From NCBI RefSeq assembly GCF_040222815.1, contig NZ_JAVKCH010000036.1:180583-244582 (forward strand): a stretch of DNA of 64,000 nucleotides, given 5' to 3'. The notes under the pieces are model-generated. The model had not been told where the DNA came from. It ran no database searches and worked only from the letters and a program-made list of their open reading frames with translations. The DNA comes from Imperialibacter sp. (GTDB taxonomy: Bacteria; Bacteroidota; Bacteroidia; Cytophagales; Cyclobacteriaceae). The first letter of the stretch is position 1. Every line of letters starts with the position of its first letter. This document shows positions 1-8,882 of this stretch, piece by piece. The position numbers were made by a program, and so were the translations under genes.

Positions 1-1
1 G

Positions 2-424
2 GTGGGCGATTTGAAAACAGGAGAGAAGCTGGCCAGTGTGCAGGTGCTGGGCTGGGACAAAGGCCCAGTGCGTCGGCATGGTAATCCTGCTCATGGAATC
101 GCACTTACGCCTGATGAAAAAGAAATTTGGATCAGCGATGGCCACAATATGCGCATGCACATTTTTGATGGCAAGCCGCCTTATCAGCAGCTAACAACCA
201 TTCCGCTGAGCGACATGCCCGGCTGGATTACCTTTAGCGTCGACGGTAAATATGCCTATCCTTCCAGCGGAGAGGTGATAGATCCGGCAAAGAGAGCAGT
301 ACTGTATTTTCTGAAAGACGAAAATTACAACACTGTTTCAAGTGAGAAGATGGTGGAGATTTTTATGAAAGATGGCAAGGCCACCAAAGCCGGCGATCAG
401 TTTGGGCTTGGCAGGGCTTTGTAG
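2..424 (+). CDS. C-terminal part of a YVTN/YncE-type beta-propeller protein (5' end lies before the window)
   Basis: Open frame from the window edge; propeller-blade motifs HGIALTPDEKEIWISDG and WITFSVDGKYAYPS. Confidence 0.65.
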   Translation: MGDLKTGEKLASVQVLGWDKGPVRRHGNPAHGIALTPDEKEIWISDGHNMRMHIFDGKPPYQQLTTIPLSDMPGWITFSVDGKYAYPSSGEVIDPAKRAVLYFLKDENYNTVSSEKMVEIFMKDGKATKAGDQFGLGRAL

Positions 425-440
425 TCAGAGAAATAGCATG

Positions 441-464
441 AAAAAAGGCGTGTGAGACACGCCT
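441..464 (-). terminator. Rho-independent terminator after the TonB-dependent receptor gene
   Basis: AGGCGTGT-gag-ACACGCCT hairpin with an A-run on + (U-tract on -), between convergent genes. Confidence 0.7.
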
Positions 465-514
465 GAACTAAACCATTGTGGTGACGCCATGATTTCACAC
501 AACGCCACCAATTT

Positions 515-2926
515 CTAAAACTTATAACTGTAGCCCACTCTCACCACCTGGGTTTCGTAGTAGTCGGTAGCCAGGTACTTAAACCCATCGCCCTGAATTT
601 CCCGCTTTACTCTCATGGTATTGAGCAAATCGGTGGCGTTGGCATACAATTCGCCTCTTCCTTTCTGCATGGGTTTCTTTACACCCAAATCCAGTGAAAA
701 GCGGGTGCCAATGGTTCCCTGTGGGATGATGTCAGGGGCCAGGTAAGTGCCGCTTAGCTGAATATCCACTTGCTTTGCCAGGTGAAAGACGCTATTGAGC
801 TTTACGTTTCCTGAAAGGATTTCCTGCCGGGCAGCTGTGAACACGTTCACTTCAGGATAAAGGTTGGTTACCGTAAAGGCCTCGATGATGTTCTGGTAGC
901 CATTCACACTAAAGTTGATGGTGGCCCATTTGTCCAGGTTTTGAGAAAGCAGCACTTCAAAACCCGTATTGTAGCTTTTGCCGGCATTTTGAAAGATGTT
1001 GTAGATAAGTACGCTGCCCGGCACGATGCTTCCGATGCGGGTGATGGTGGCATCCATCTGCTTGTGGTAAACGGATGAGTACAAATAGCCCGTGTTCCAG
1101 CTGCCCTTGTGGCCAACCTCGTAGTTGGTTGTAAACTGTGGCCGAAGCCCCGGGTTACCCACTTTGATGATCTCTGCGTCGTCATACTTGGGGAAGATCC
1201 TGATGTCAACCTCGTTGGGCCTATCGACACGGCGATTGAAAAAGACCGACAGTTTGTTGTTGTCGTTGAGCTTGTAAGCCAGGCGCACGTTCGGGAACGG
1301 CTGGGTGTAGTTGTAGCCGCTGGTTTTGTATGTGGGGTGATCGGGATTCACCTTGTAGTCAATCTTCACATACTCCACCCGCACGCCGGCTTCCGCCTCA
1401 TACTTTTCATTTTCGAAGACATAGTTACCATACACGGCTGGAATTAGCTCTCCGTAATTTGCCCATCCACCTGCTGCCGAGTCGATGGGGGAGTTGAGCC
1501 CTGGAAAGAACTGCATGTTGGTGGGGATGGTTCGCCTGCGAAACTTAAGGCCTGTTTCGAAGCGACCGTACGCCAAAGGCTGTACATAGTCGAGGTTGAA
1601 ATCGGCCACATGCTCATCAGAAATGAGCTTGAAGGCATCCCTTCCAGTTGACTCCGGCAGAATATTGTCGAAGAAGTACTGCTCATTTTCCCGGTGGTAG
1701 GTGTAGTTAAAACCAATATTGAGCAAGCGACCTGGCTGCTTGTACTTGTGCTGGTAGGCAGCAGTAGCCATCACGGTTGTTTTTAGCTCATCCTCCAGGA
1801 ATTGCCACAGTCTGTAACGGTTGCTGAGGTCTCCTTCGAAAAATGGTTCGTCGCCACGATCAAGAATTTTCTCACTGCTGAAAAAGCCAGACACAGTGAG
1901 GCTATTGGCATCGTCGATACTCCAGTCCATGCCGGTTTTGCCTGAAAAGAGGTTGGTGTCTCTGTTGCGCTTTGTTTGGTTGTAGATCACCGTGCCATCG
2001 TCATAGGTCCTGGTGACGAATTCATTTTTATTGAGCGTATGGGTATAGAGGTTATCGGCTTGCAAAAAGGTGTTGACCTTGTTCTTTTTGTAGTTGAGAG
2101 ATAGTGAAGGGTTGATTTTGGGTGTTGCCTGGTATTGAGGCCGAATGGTGGGCAGGTTCTCATTTTTGACCCAAAGCGCTCCCAGGCCTGATGAAAGCCC
2201 GACTTTTCCGTTGAAGCCTTCCTGCTTGTCTTTTTTGTAAATGATGTTGATAATGCCCGCATTGCCATTGGCGTCATATTTGGCAGATGGATTGTTAATG
2301 ACTTCAATTTTCTCGATGGCAGAAGCTGGCAAGTTGTCAAGTCCAGATTGCGAGCCGAAACCTGTTAGGGCAGTCTGCTTGCCATCAATCAGCACTGCGA
2401 CCCGGTCATTGCCTCTCAGCAGTACCTTACCGTCTTGCACGGTTACTCCCGGCAGGTTTTGCATGGCCTGGAGCACCGAGCCACCCGCCTGGCTAACGTT
2501 GTCGGCTACAGTGAAGGTCTTTTTGTCTAGCGATTCACTGACTGCGTCCTGTTGACCGGTGACAACCACTTCGCTCAACGTTTCTATGTCTTCATCCAAA
2601 ATGACGGGCGCTACCTCTAAAAACCTGCTTAGGCTACCCACAAACAGTGGTTGTTTTAAGGGTTTAAAGCCAACATAAGAGGCTTCCAGTACATACTTTC
2701 CTGGTTTCACACCGGTGAGTACAAATAGCCCCTCGTCGTTGGTGATGGTGCCTGACACAAACGCACTATCTGCCTCAGTTTTCAGCACGACGCTAACATA
2801 AGCCAGTCCCGATTGTGCTTTGTTGTCTTTTACTGATCCTGAGACTGTGATGGCACTGTTTTGGGCTGATATTACCAAAGGCACTAGAAATAGGATACTC
2901 AGAATAAATTTTGTGATTTGATTCAT
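515..2926 (-). CDS. TonB-dependent receptor / outer-membrane beta-barrel protein with N-terminal carboxypeptidase-regulatory-like domain
   Basis: Signal peptide; ITVSGSVKD...GKYVLEASYVGF; plug motifs LQNLPGVTV and IEKIEVINNPSAKYDANG; C-terminal YSYKF. Confidence 0.9.
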   Translation of the reverse strand: MNQITKFILSILFLVPLVISAQNSAITVSGSVKDNKAQSGLAYVSVVLKTEADSAFVSGTITNDEGLFVLTGVKPGKYVLEASYVGFKPLKQPLFVGSLSRFLEVAPVILDEDIETLSEVVVTGQQDAVSESLDKKTFTVADNVSQAGGSVLQAMQNLPGVTVQDGKVLLRGNDRVAVLIDGKQTALTGFGSQSGLDNLPASAIEKIEVINNPSAKYDANGNAGIINIIYKKDKQEGFNGKVGLSSGLGALWVKNENLPTIRPQYQATPKINPSLSLNYKKNKVNTFLQADNLYTHTLNKNEFVTRTYDDGTVIYNQTKRNRDTNLFSGKTGMDWSIDDANSLTVSGFFSSEKILDRGDEPFFEGDLSNRYRLWQFLEDELKTTVMATAAYQHKYKQPGRLLNIGFNYTYHRENEQYFFDNILPESTGRDAFKLISDEHVADFNLDYVQPLAYGRFETGLKFRRRTIPTNMQFFPGLNSPIDSAAGGWANYGELIPAVYGNYVFENEKYEAEAGVRVEYVKIDYKVNPDHPTYKTSGYNYTQPFPNVRLAYKLNDNNKLSVFFNRRVDRPNEVDIRIFPKYDDAEIIKVGNPGLRPQFTTNYEVGHKGSWNTGYLYSSVYHKQMDATITRIGSIVPGSVLIYNIFQNAGKSYNTGFEVLLSQNLDKWATINFSVNGYQNIIEAFTVTNLYPEVNVFTAARQEILSGNVKLNSVFHLAKQVDIQLSGTYLAPDIIPQGTIGTRFSLDLGVKKPMQKGRGELYANATDLLNTMRVKREIQGDGFKYLATDYYETQVVRVGYSYKF

Positions 2927-3218
2927 TTTACTACCGAACGGTTTCTTTCAATTACGTATCGCAACATACCAAAGATGTTTTCTGACAGTTCTTGCTCGTT
3001 TCTAATATTTAGAACATTCATTGATGCAAGGTAGCCACTGAATTCTGAATAAACTTTGAAGACTTCCTTTGTGTTCGCAAGGAGTTAGAAGGAACAAAAG
3101 GGTATGAGTTCCGGCAGGAAGCTCAGGTGGCCGCAAAAGGCCAGTCGTGGGAGATGAAAAATGATTATAGGAGAGTCAGCAGAGTAACCAACCCATAACC
3201 TCACAAATTGAACTTTAA

Positions 3219-4016
3219 CTAAGGCATCATTTTTAGCTGAGTCAGAATTTGCTTCGTAATCGTCTTTCTGCAACTTCCGAAATTTGGGTTCGGTACCTTC
3301 CTGTCTTTTATCAACCTGGTGGCAAAGAAATAGACATTGTGTTCCTTTTCAATGTACCCAACCCACCAGCCAGTATCTTTTCCGCTGTCACGGGTCCAGC
3401 CAGTTTTGGCTCGCAATATGTAGCCTTCGTTTTGCTCTTCTATCATCATCTCTTTCAGGATGGTAAAAGAGCGTTTGGAGAATGGCAGAGTCTCTTCGTA
3501 CACTCCAATGAGGATTTCTATTTGATTGGCTGGCGAAATGGCAAACGAACCAAAGTTCCAGAAGTCAGGGTCGTTGATGGAAACATCGGCATTGCCATAG
3601 TGGCTGGCTTTTAGAAAGTGCGCATAGCGCTCTTTGCCGATTTCCTTTGCCATTTCCACATAGGCCCATCCGGCAGAAAGCCGAAAGGCTTCTTTCATAG
3701 TCATGTCATGGTAAATGTCAGGCCGGTAGCCATACTTCACCGTGTCGGTGGTTCCCGGCCATTTTATCACTTGATTTTCATCTTTTGCTACACCGGTTTC
3801 CAGCGCTATCAGGGTGTTGATGATTTTGAAAGTGGAGGCTGGCAAAGTAGCTACATGGCTATCGTTGATGTCGCTGGAAATCCATTTTTTGGCGTTGTAA
3901 TCGAAGAGGGTGATGCTGCCTTCGATGTTACACTCTCTAAATGGTTTTGTGAGGGATTCTTGCGCCGGTAGATGATAAAAAAGAAGAACTGCGGCTGCCA
4001 GAAAAGTAATTTTCAT
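3219..4016 (-). CDS. Class D (OXA-like) serine beta-lactamase / penicillin-binding transpeptidase-fold protein
   Basis: Signal peptide; PASTFKI (SxxK), YGN, FW-x-x-G and AKTGW motifs; the SxV position reads SAG. Confidence 0.85.
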   Translation of the reverse strand: MKITFLAAAVLLFYHLPAQESLTKPFRECNIEGSITLFDYNAKKWISSDINDSHVATLPASTFKIINTLIALETGVAKDENQVIKWPGTTDTVKYGYRPDIYHDMTMKEAFRLSAGWAYVEMAKEIGKERYAHFLKASHYGNADVSINDPDFWNFGSFAISPANQIEILIGVYEETLPFSKRSFTILKEMMIEEQNEGYILRAKTGWTRDSGKDTGWWVGYIEKEHNVYFFATRLIKDRKVPNPNFGSCRKTITKQILTQLKMMP

Positions 4017-4076
4017 TGTTAGATTTTTTATCAGAATGACGCTAGTTGTTGCAAATTGGTTGGCATATACTGTGAA

Positions 4077-4673
4077 TTATTGGGGATTTTTTTCGGAGCG
4101 TATTCTGAAGATATTGATGATCACCAACGACGTCATTACCGCCAGGTTGGCTATCAGCAAATATTTCGAAATGGGCATCTCTATTTCCTGTGTAAACCTT
4201 TTGACATAGGTACCAACAAACAAGGCCGTAACAAGCACAAACCCTGAGATGATAATTTGGTAGCGACTTCTTGTTAGCTCTTTTTTGTTCCATAAAAAGA
4301 ACGGCGAGAGGGTCAAAACAACGTAGGCAACTGCACCTGGTAAATTTTTAAACTCACGGAGCTCCATGCCCCTTGTCTCAAAGTTCATAGCGAGGAAGTA
4401 GAAATGGATGAGGTGGTTGAGGGCCAGAAAAAAAAGCAAGCTAACAAACAATTGACGACGCTGCTCTTCTGCATAAATGTGCTTCAGGCCTCTGATGCCC
4501 GTCCAGCAAAGGATACCTGCAAAAAGCAAAAATGAAACCCTGGCAGAATACCGTGCTGCAAGCTGGAAGTAGATGCCTGGCTCGGGTGATACACCGCCCG
4601 ACCACACGTAAATAGCGTACTCGCAAAGAACCACCAGAAGGGAAAGTCCTATCGTTTTCTTCATCATGGGCAT
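4077..4673 (-). CDS. Hypothetical multi-pass membrane protein, possibly ferric-reductase-like transmembrane domain
   Basis: About six hydrophobic segments; AARYSARVSF and LALNHLIHF motifs. Confidence 0.6.
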   Translation of the reverse strand: MPMMKKTIGLSLLVVLCEYAIYVWSGGVSPEPGIYFQLAARYSARVSFLLFAGILCWTGIRGLKHIYAEEQRRQLFVSLLFFLALNHLIHFYFLAMNFETRGMELREFKNLPGAVAYVVLTLSPFFLWNKKELTRSRYQIIISGFVLVTALFVGTYVKRFTQEIEMPISKYLLIANLAVMTSLVIINIFRIRSEKNPQ

Positions 4674-4709
4674 AAGGTGAGGGGAGGTGGAATTGTCATG
4701 TTGGCTTCC

Positions 4710-5543
4710 TCAGTCATTCATTACCTCGCAGCGAATAGCAAAATCGAAGTTTCCACCCATGATCCACTTCCCCATGCTTACTGGTCTCACCCTCACCCTT
4801 TCGTCCAGGTTGTTGCCCCTGAGAGCGATCATGGGATTCTGGAGATTCGGCTCTACCCATTCGTAGGAAATGTAAAATGCACGATCGACGACGACAGGCT
4901 CTTTGAAATCGTAGCTCAGCCAACCCTCTTTCAGGTCAGACTCCAAAATAATTGACTGGCTAAGCAATGAACCCCCAGGCTCCCCTTCTTTAGAATTAGC
5001 TGTGTATACATTCAGTCGCAGTTTGAATGGCTGATTGCTTTTGTTTTTAACATAAATGGAGGCCGTATTCAGCACAGAAGGTTGGGATATCCTCATTTTT
5101 CGGGATATTTCCGCTCCGGCACCAATGCCTCCGACAAAGCCAAATCTTTTACCGGAAACCCGCTGAACTCCCAATACTTTGCTGTTGGATGGATCGACTT
5201 CGATAACAACCTCTGCCAGCTTAATCACATGCTCCCTGAGTTCTATTTTTTGCGGCGAGACGTTTGCCAACAGCGCACGCAACGTTACAGCCTCTCTTTT
5301 GTATCCAACAATTGAAAAGATAACAGAATCACTTGGAGCAACCTGCTCGATATCAAAAGAAAATTCCCCTTTCTCGTCTGATACAGTTCCTATGTTCTTT
5401 TCCGCCACACCTACATTAACGTAGGGAATTGGTAGGCCATTCTCGGCACTCACTACCGTGCCCCAAATCTGATTTTGGGAAATGAGTTGAAGGGGCGCAC
5501 CCAGTACCAGGACAGCGAGAAACAAGCGCAATTTGTACAACAT
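4710..5543 (-). CDS. Secreted protein with carboxypeptidase-like regulatory (CarbopepD_reg) N-terminal domain
   Basis: Signal peptide followed by IWGTVVSAENGLPIPYVNV...GTVSDEKGEFSF...FSIVGY. Confidence 0.8.
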   Translation of the reverse strand: MLYKLRLFLAVLVLGAPLQLISQNQIWGTVVSAENGLPIPYVNVGVAEKNIGTVSDEKGEFSFDIEQVAPSDSVIFSIVGYKREAVTLRALLANVSPQKIELREHVIKLAEVVIEVDPSNSKVLGVQRVSGKRFGFVGGIGAGAEISRKMRISQPSVLNTASIYVKNKSNQPFKLRLNVYTANSKEGEPGGSLLSQSIILESDLKEGWLSYDFKEPVVVDRAFYISYEWVEPNLQNPMIALRGNNLDERVRVRPVSMGKWIMGGNFDFAIRCEVMND

Positions 5544-5637
5544 TTAAGCAGGTATAAGGCTACAAATATCGCAGATTACTTGTGAAAAGTGTAAAGCGAC
5601 TTGTGATAATCAACAGAAGGCCGCCTCAGCACGGCTT

Positions 5638-6246
5638 TCAGCGAAACGTCGTCCAGCTCCCTTGCTCAATCCTGCTCTTGTGGTCGGCAATGAAGTTTGC
5701 CCATTCTGCTTCACCTGCTTCTGTGGCTAGTTGCAGCGCCTTACCTGAAGCATTCAGGGCTTCATCGTGTTTGCCATTTTGGTAAAGAAACCATGCGTAT
5801 TTGTCCCATGTGACGAAGTCTGTATCGATTTCATAACTCCAGCGGATATTCATGAGGTGGTACTTACTATCGGCAGGCATTAAGTGGAAGGTAAGGGCGA
5901 GCGCTAAACCCATTGCCGGGAACGTCAATGTCTTCCATGTTTTTCTTTTTGCAGTTGTGAGAACGGCAACTAAAGTGAAAACAACTGCCAGGGCCAGTAC
6001 GACCGATACAAACGGGTAGAACTTAATTGTAAACAGCAGCATGGCCAGCCAGAAAGCGGAGGCAAGGTTGGCCCATCCGTTCACATTGTTTTCTTTTTTG
6101 ATAATGGCAATCAGGCTAGCGGCAAGCAATATAAAAAGACCTGCCAGCATCACAATTGCATTGTAGTGAATGTGAAAGAACTTGATAAAGAACCCGGCGA
6201 AGAAAATGACAAAGCCAGCAACAACCATCTTTTTCATAAGCAGCAA
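5638..6246 (-). CDS. Hypothetical membrane protein with GldL-N-like hairpin and C-terminal TPR-like helices
   Basis: FFIKFFHIHYNAIVMLAGL at the N-terminus; several TM helices; YAWFLYQNGKHDEALNASGKALQL is TPR-like. Confidence 0.6.
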   Translation of the reverse strand: MLLMKKMVVAGFVIFFAGFFIKFFHIHYNAIVMLAGLFILLAASLIAIIKKENNVNGWANLASAFWLAMLLFTIKFYPFVSVVLALAVVFTLVAVLTTAKRKTWKTLTFPAMGLALALTFHLMPADSKYHLMNIRWSYEIDTDFVTWDKYAWFLYQNGKHDEALNASGKALQLATEAGEAEWANFIADHKSRIEQGSWTTFR

Positions 6247-6312
6247 TGCTGTTTTATGGCTTCGAAACTAGAAAGTTTTCTGGCTTCCCCAAAAAGTTGC
6301 CATTGTATATGC

Positions 6313-6993
6313 TTAGAAGTAATACTGCATACCAAAGTCGAGGGTTGCAAGAGAAAGGGATAGACCGTAGTCCCGTTGAGTATTAGTGTTTCCAATAGGC
6401 AATTCGGGGCGATCAATAGGCTTTCTGGTTTCTTGTTGATAGCCCAGAAGTCCAATGGAAGTTTCTAGCCCTATTTTTTCGCTAATCATGAGGATAATGC
6501 CAGGTTTCACGCCAACACCGAACCCAACGACTTTTTCTTCATATTCATTCGCCACAACCGTCGTTTTCTCTTTTCCAAAGTTTGAATTGGCAAAGCCCTC
6601 CCCAAACAAAATCAAGTGGTCAGTAATATTTACATGATACCTGCCAAAAACCTGTGTTGCTGCTAGATTTGATGCCGTTCTCTGGTCAATATTAAATTGG
6701 GGTGCCGAGGATTTGGTGCGGGTGTAGTTGTTTACGAAGCCCACTGAAACGCCGACGCTGAAATTGTCATATATAAATAATCCCGCCCTCGGAAGTATTT
6801 TAATCTCGCTGTTTTCGTTGATAGACTGTTGTACGAAGCTGACAGGTGTCGTATACTCGTTGTTCACCACTGTTCGATAGAACTTCAAATTTCCTCCAGC
6901 CTGCTTTGTTCCCTTTGAGAACTGGGCGTGTGAGGTAAAAGAAATCAGGAACAGAAGTGAAAGAAAGATAGTGAGGCTGAGCGATTTGTTCAT
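6313..6993 (-). CDS. Outer-membrane beta-barrel protein (OmpA-like, 8-stranded)
   Basis: Signal peptide; alternating beta-strand pattern; ends in MQYYF. Confidence 0.75.
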   Translation of the reverse strand: MNKSLSLTIFLSLLFLISFTSHAQFSKGTKQAGGNLKFYRTVVNNEYTTPVSFVQQSINENSEIKILPRAGLFIYDNFSVGVSVGFVNNYTRTKSSAPQFNIDQRTASNLAATQVFGRYHVNITDHLILFGEGFANSNFGKEKTTVVANEYEEKVVGFGVGVKPGIILMISEKIGLETSIGLLGYQQETRKPIDRPELPIGNTNTQRDYGLSLSLATLDFGMQYYF

Positions 6994-7141
6994 GACGTGG
7001 TTGTTGATTTATTTGTTGTCGAAATAGAACATATTTTTACCCTTTATATTGCGTAATGGTCGCTTTAATTTAATTGGAGGAAATAGCCGGCAGTAATTCA
7101 GTAAATTTGGAACGTGAATACTTGCGATAAATCAAAGAACA

Positions 7142-8005
7142 TCAATCAGAAAGGCCGTCGTAGATATCCGAATAGTCTTCCACCAAATGAATCTTCACAT
7201 CAAGGTTTTCCATTAAGTTTTTCACTGAGGGGCTGGGCGCACCTTTCGTTACATACCAAACATCCATGGCATATCTGAGTTTGATGGAATACCTTTTCCT
7301 TTCAATTAGCAGCCACCTGAGAAACACCTCGTCGGGTTCGTAGCCAAAGCCAAAAATGATGAGTGGGCTGTGGAACCAGATATGGAGCCAGGTCTGCTCG
7401 CCTTGCCACGATTTCGACAGAAGTGTTTCTTTATAAAGCCTGCGTCGTCCTTTGGTGATGAGGCTTCTAGCTCGCTGCACACTCCCCATGTAGTCGCCGA
7501 GTCCAAGCCTGATGCTATCCCGATAGTTTATGTCGCCATGAATCTTCCAAATACCAAAGCCGTGAGTAGGAGTAGTCATTTGTTCGAAGCCGTAGTAGGT
7601 TTTCCAGGGGTAGAATCGGGTAAATCCATCGGAATCAATGTGAAATGGCCTTGCCCCTACAGACTCTTCGAAAGCCGTATCAAAGTTTGTTGTCAGCACT
7701 GGTGTGTTTGTTGACCTGGCAAATTCCATGATTTTTTTATGGACACACAGGTCATCGCTGTTTGTCAATTGCAATTCAGCCTTCACCCTATTTTTCACTT
7801 TGACAGGGTCGTTTGCGTACAACTCGATCAGGTCATATATCTCTGTATTAGTCAGTCCTGTCAGGGCGAAGGGAATAGGTTTTGGAGAGGCTGCCTTCAG
7901 CAAGTCCTTCCAGGATGGCATAATGCCACTTCGTAGGTTAGGGCCGTTCCCAATAAGAAAAGCGGCGTCTTTGTATTTGCTCCTGATGGATGCAATGGCG
8001 TTCAT
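7142..8005 (-). CDS. SIR2-like (SIR2_2 family) protein, putative NADase
   Basis: FLIGNG...PSWKDLL, VLTTNFD, IWKIHGD and LIIFGFGY...DE motifs. Confidence 0.8.
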   Translation of the reverse strand: MNAIASIRSKYKDAAFLIGNGPNLRSGIMPSWKDLLKAASPKPIPFALTGLTNTEIYDLIELYANDPVKVKNRVKAELQLTNSDDLCVHKKIMEFARSTNTPVLTTNFDTAFEESVGARPFHIDSDGFTRFYPWKTYYGFEQMTTPTHGFGIWKIHGDINYRDSIRLGLGDYMGSVQRARSLITKGRRRLYKETLLSKSWQGEQTWLHIWFHSPLIIFGFGYEPDEVFLRWLLIERKRYSIKLRYAMDVWYVTKGAPSPSVKNLMENLDVKIHLVEDYSDIYDGLSD

Positions 8006-8037
8006 ACGAGGTTAGTGGATGCTTTTTTGGAGAATGT

Positions 8038-8065
8038 AACAAAAAAAGCCCACGTTTCCGCAGGC
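8038..8065 (-). terminator. Intrinsic terminator, identical to the copy at 8828-8855
   Basis: Minus strand reads GCCTGCG-GAAA-CGTGGGC-TTTTTTTGTT. Confidence 0.75.
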
Positions 8066-8138
8066 AGTATTGGTATTCAATTTCTTGCGGGGTACTCAAG
8101 TACGCCAATAAGGCTGGGGTCAAGACGATAAAGCGAGG

Positions 8139-8495
8139 TCAGCTGTTGTTGTCGGCTTCCAACTCAAGGCAGGCCATTTCTCTATAGGCATCTTGCAGTA
8201 GAAAATTTTCTATCGCCGAGTAGTTGTTGATTAAAAGCTGGGCTATTTGATTAGTTGAGAGATTGCCTGTTCTAATCCAAATCACTTTTGGTGGATGGCT
8301 GTTAATCACACTAATATCATAAAAATCGGCCTCAAAAGTGACAATGGTGAAGCCATGTTCTTTTGAGTAAGGCCAAATATCTGAATCTTCCATGTCGGTT
8401 AAGCCACAGTGACTTACATGTAGACAGTTGGGGAAATAGTCAACAAGCTTTTTCACCAATCTGAAAGAGATATTCTGGTCGAACAATAGCTTCAT
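8139..8495 (-). CDS. DUF5615 PIN-like toxin (VapC45-like)
   Basis: MKLLFDQNIS, DSDIW, IVTFEADF, PPKVIWIRTGN; 4-nt overlap with the DUF433 gene. Confidence 0.85.
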   Translation of the reverse strand: MKLLFDQNISFRLVKKLVDYFPNCLHVSHCGLTDMEDSDIWPYSKEHGFTIVTFEADFYDISVINSHPPKVIWIRTGNLSTNQIAQLLINNYSAIENFLLQDAYREMACLELEADNNS

Positions 8496-8716
8496 GCATT
8501 GTGCTGAAGCTTATGCTCTCTGTCTGCTGCATAGGCAAGACAGGCCTGAATGTCTTCCAGTGTCAACTCGGGAAAGTCCTCGAGAATTTCGTTGAAACCC
8601 ATTCCGGCAGCTAGCCAGCCAAGCACATCATATACGGTAATCCTTGTATTTCGTACACAAGGCTTACCGAATCTTTTGTTCGGGTTCCTTTGGATGATCT
8701 TTTTATAGTCTACCAT
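8492..8716 (-). CDS. DUF433 antitoxin (VapB45-like)
   Basis: RFGKPCVRNTRITVYDVLGWLAAG...ILEDFPELTLEDIQACLAYA. Confidence 0.9.
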   Translation of the reverse strand: MVDYKKIIQRNPNKRFGKPCVRNTRITVYDVLGWLAAGMGFNEILEDFPELTLEDIQACLAYAADREHKLQHNA

Positions 8717-8732
8717 TTGGACAGGGTTTTAG

Positions 8733-8764
8733 CAAAAATAGCTCTTTTGCCGAAACCATCCGAA
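8733..8764 (-). promoter_or_regulatory. Bacteroidota housekeeping promoter of the toxin-antitoxin operon
   Basis: Minus strand: TTCG, 20-nt spacer, TATTTTTG (TAnnTTTG), ending 17 nt before the DUF433 ATG. Confidence 0.55.
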
Positions 8765-8827
8765 AAGGAGGTGTAAATCATTTATTCCAACGATATGTCG
8801 GAGTTTCCAATGTGATGACGGTTTTTG

Positions 8828-8855
8828 AACAAAAAAAGCCCACGTTTCCGCAGGC
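8828..8855 (-). terminator. Intrinsic terminator of the metallophosphoesterase gene
   Basis: Minus strand reads AGCCTGCG-GAAA-CGTGGGCT-TTTTTT, 28 nt after the stop codon. Confidence 0.8.
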
Positions 8856-8882
8856 TCTTTTCTCGTACTGATATTACCCGTG

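Noticed and set aside
3219-4016. BlaR1/MecR1 sensor or a mobile resistance gene
   Set aside because: It has a signal peptide but no M56 membrane domain, no blaI neighbour, and no IS or attC-like site at its ends.
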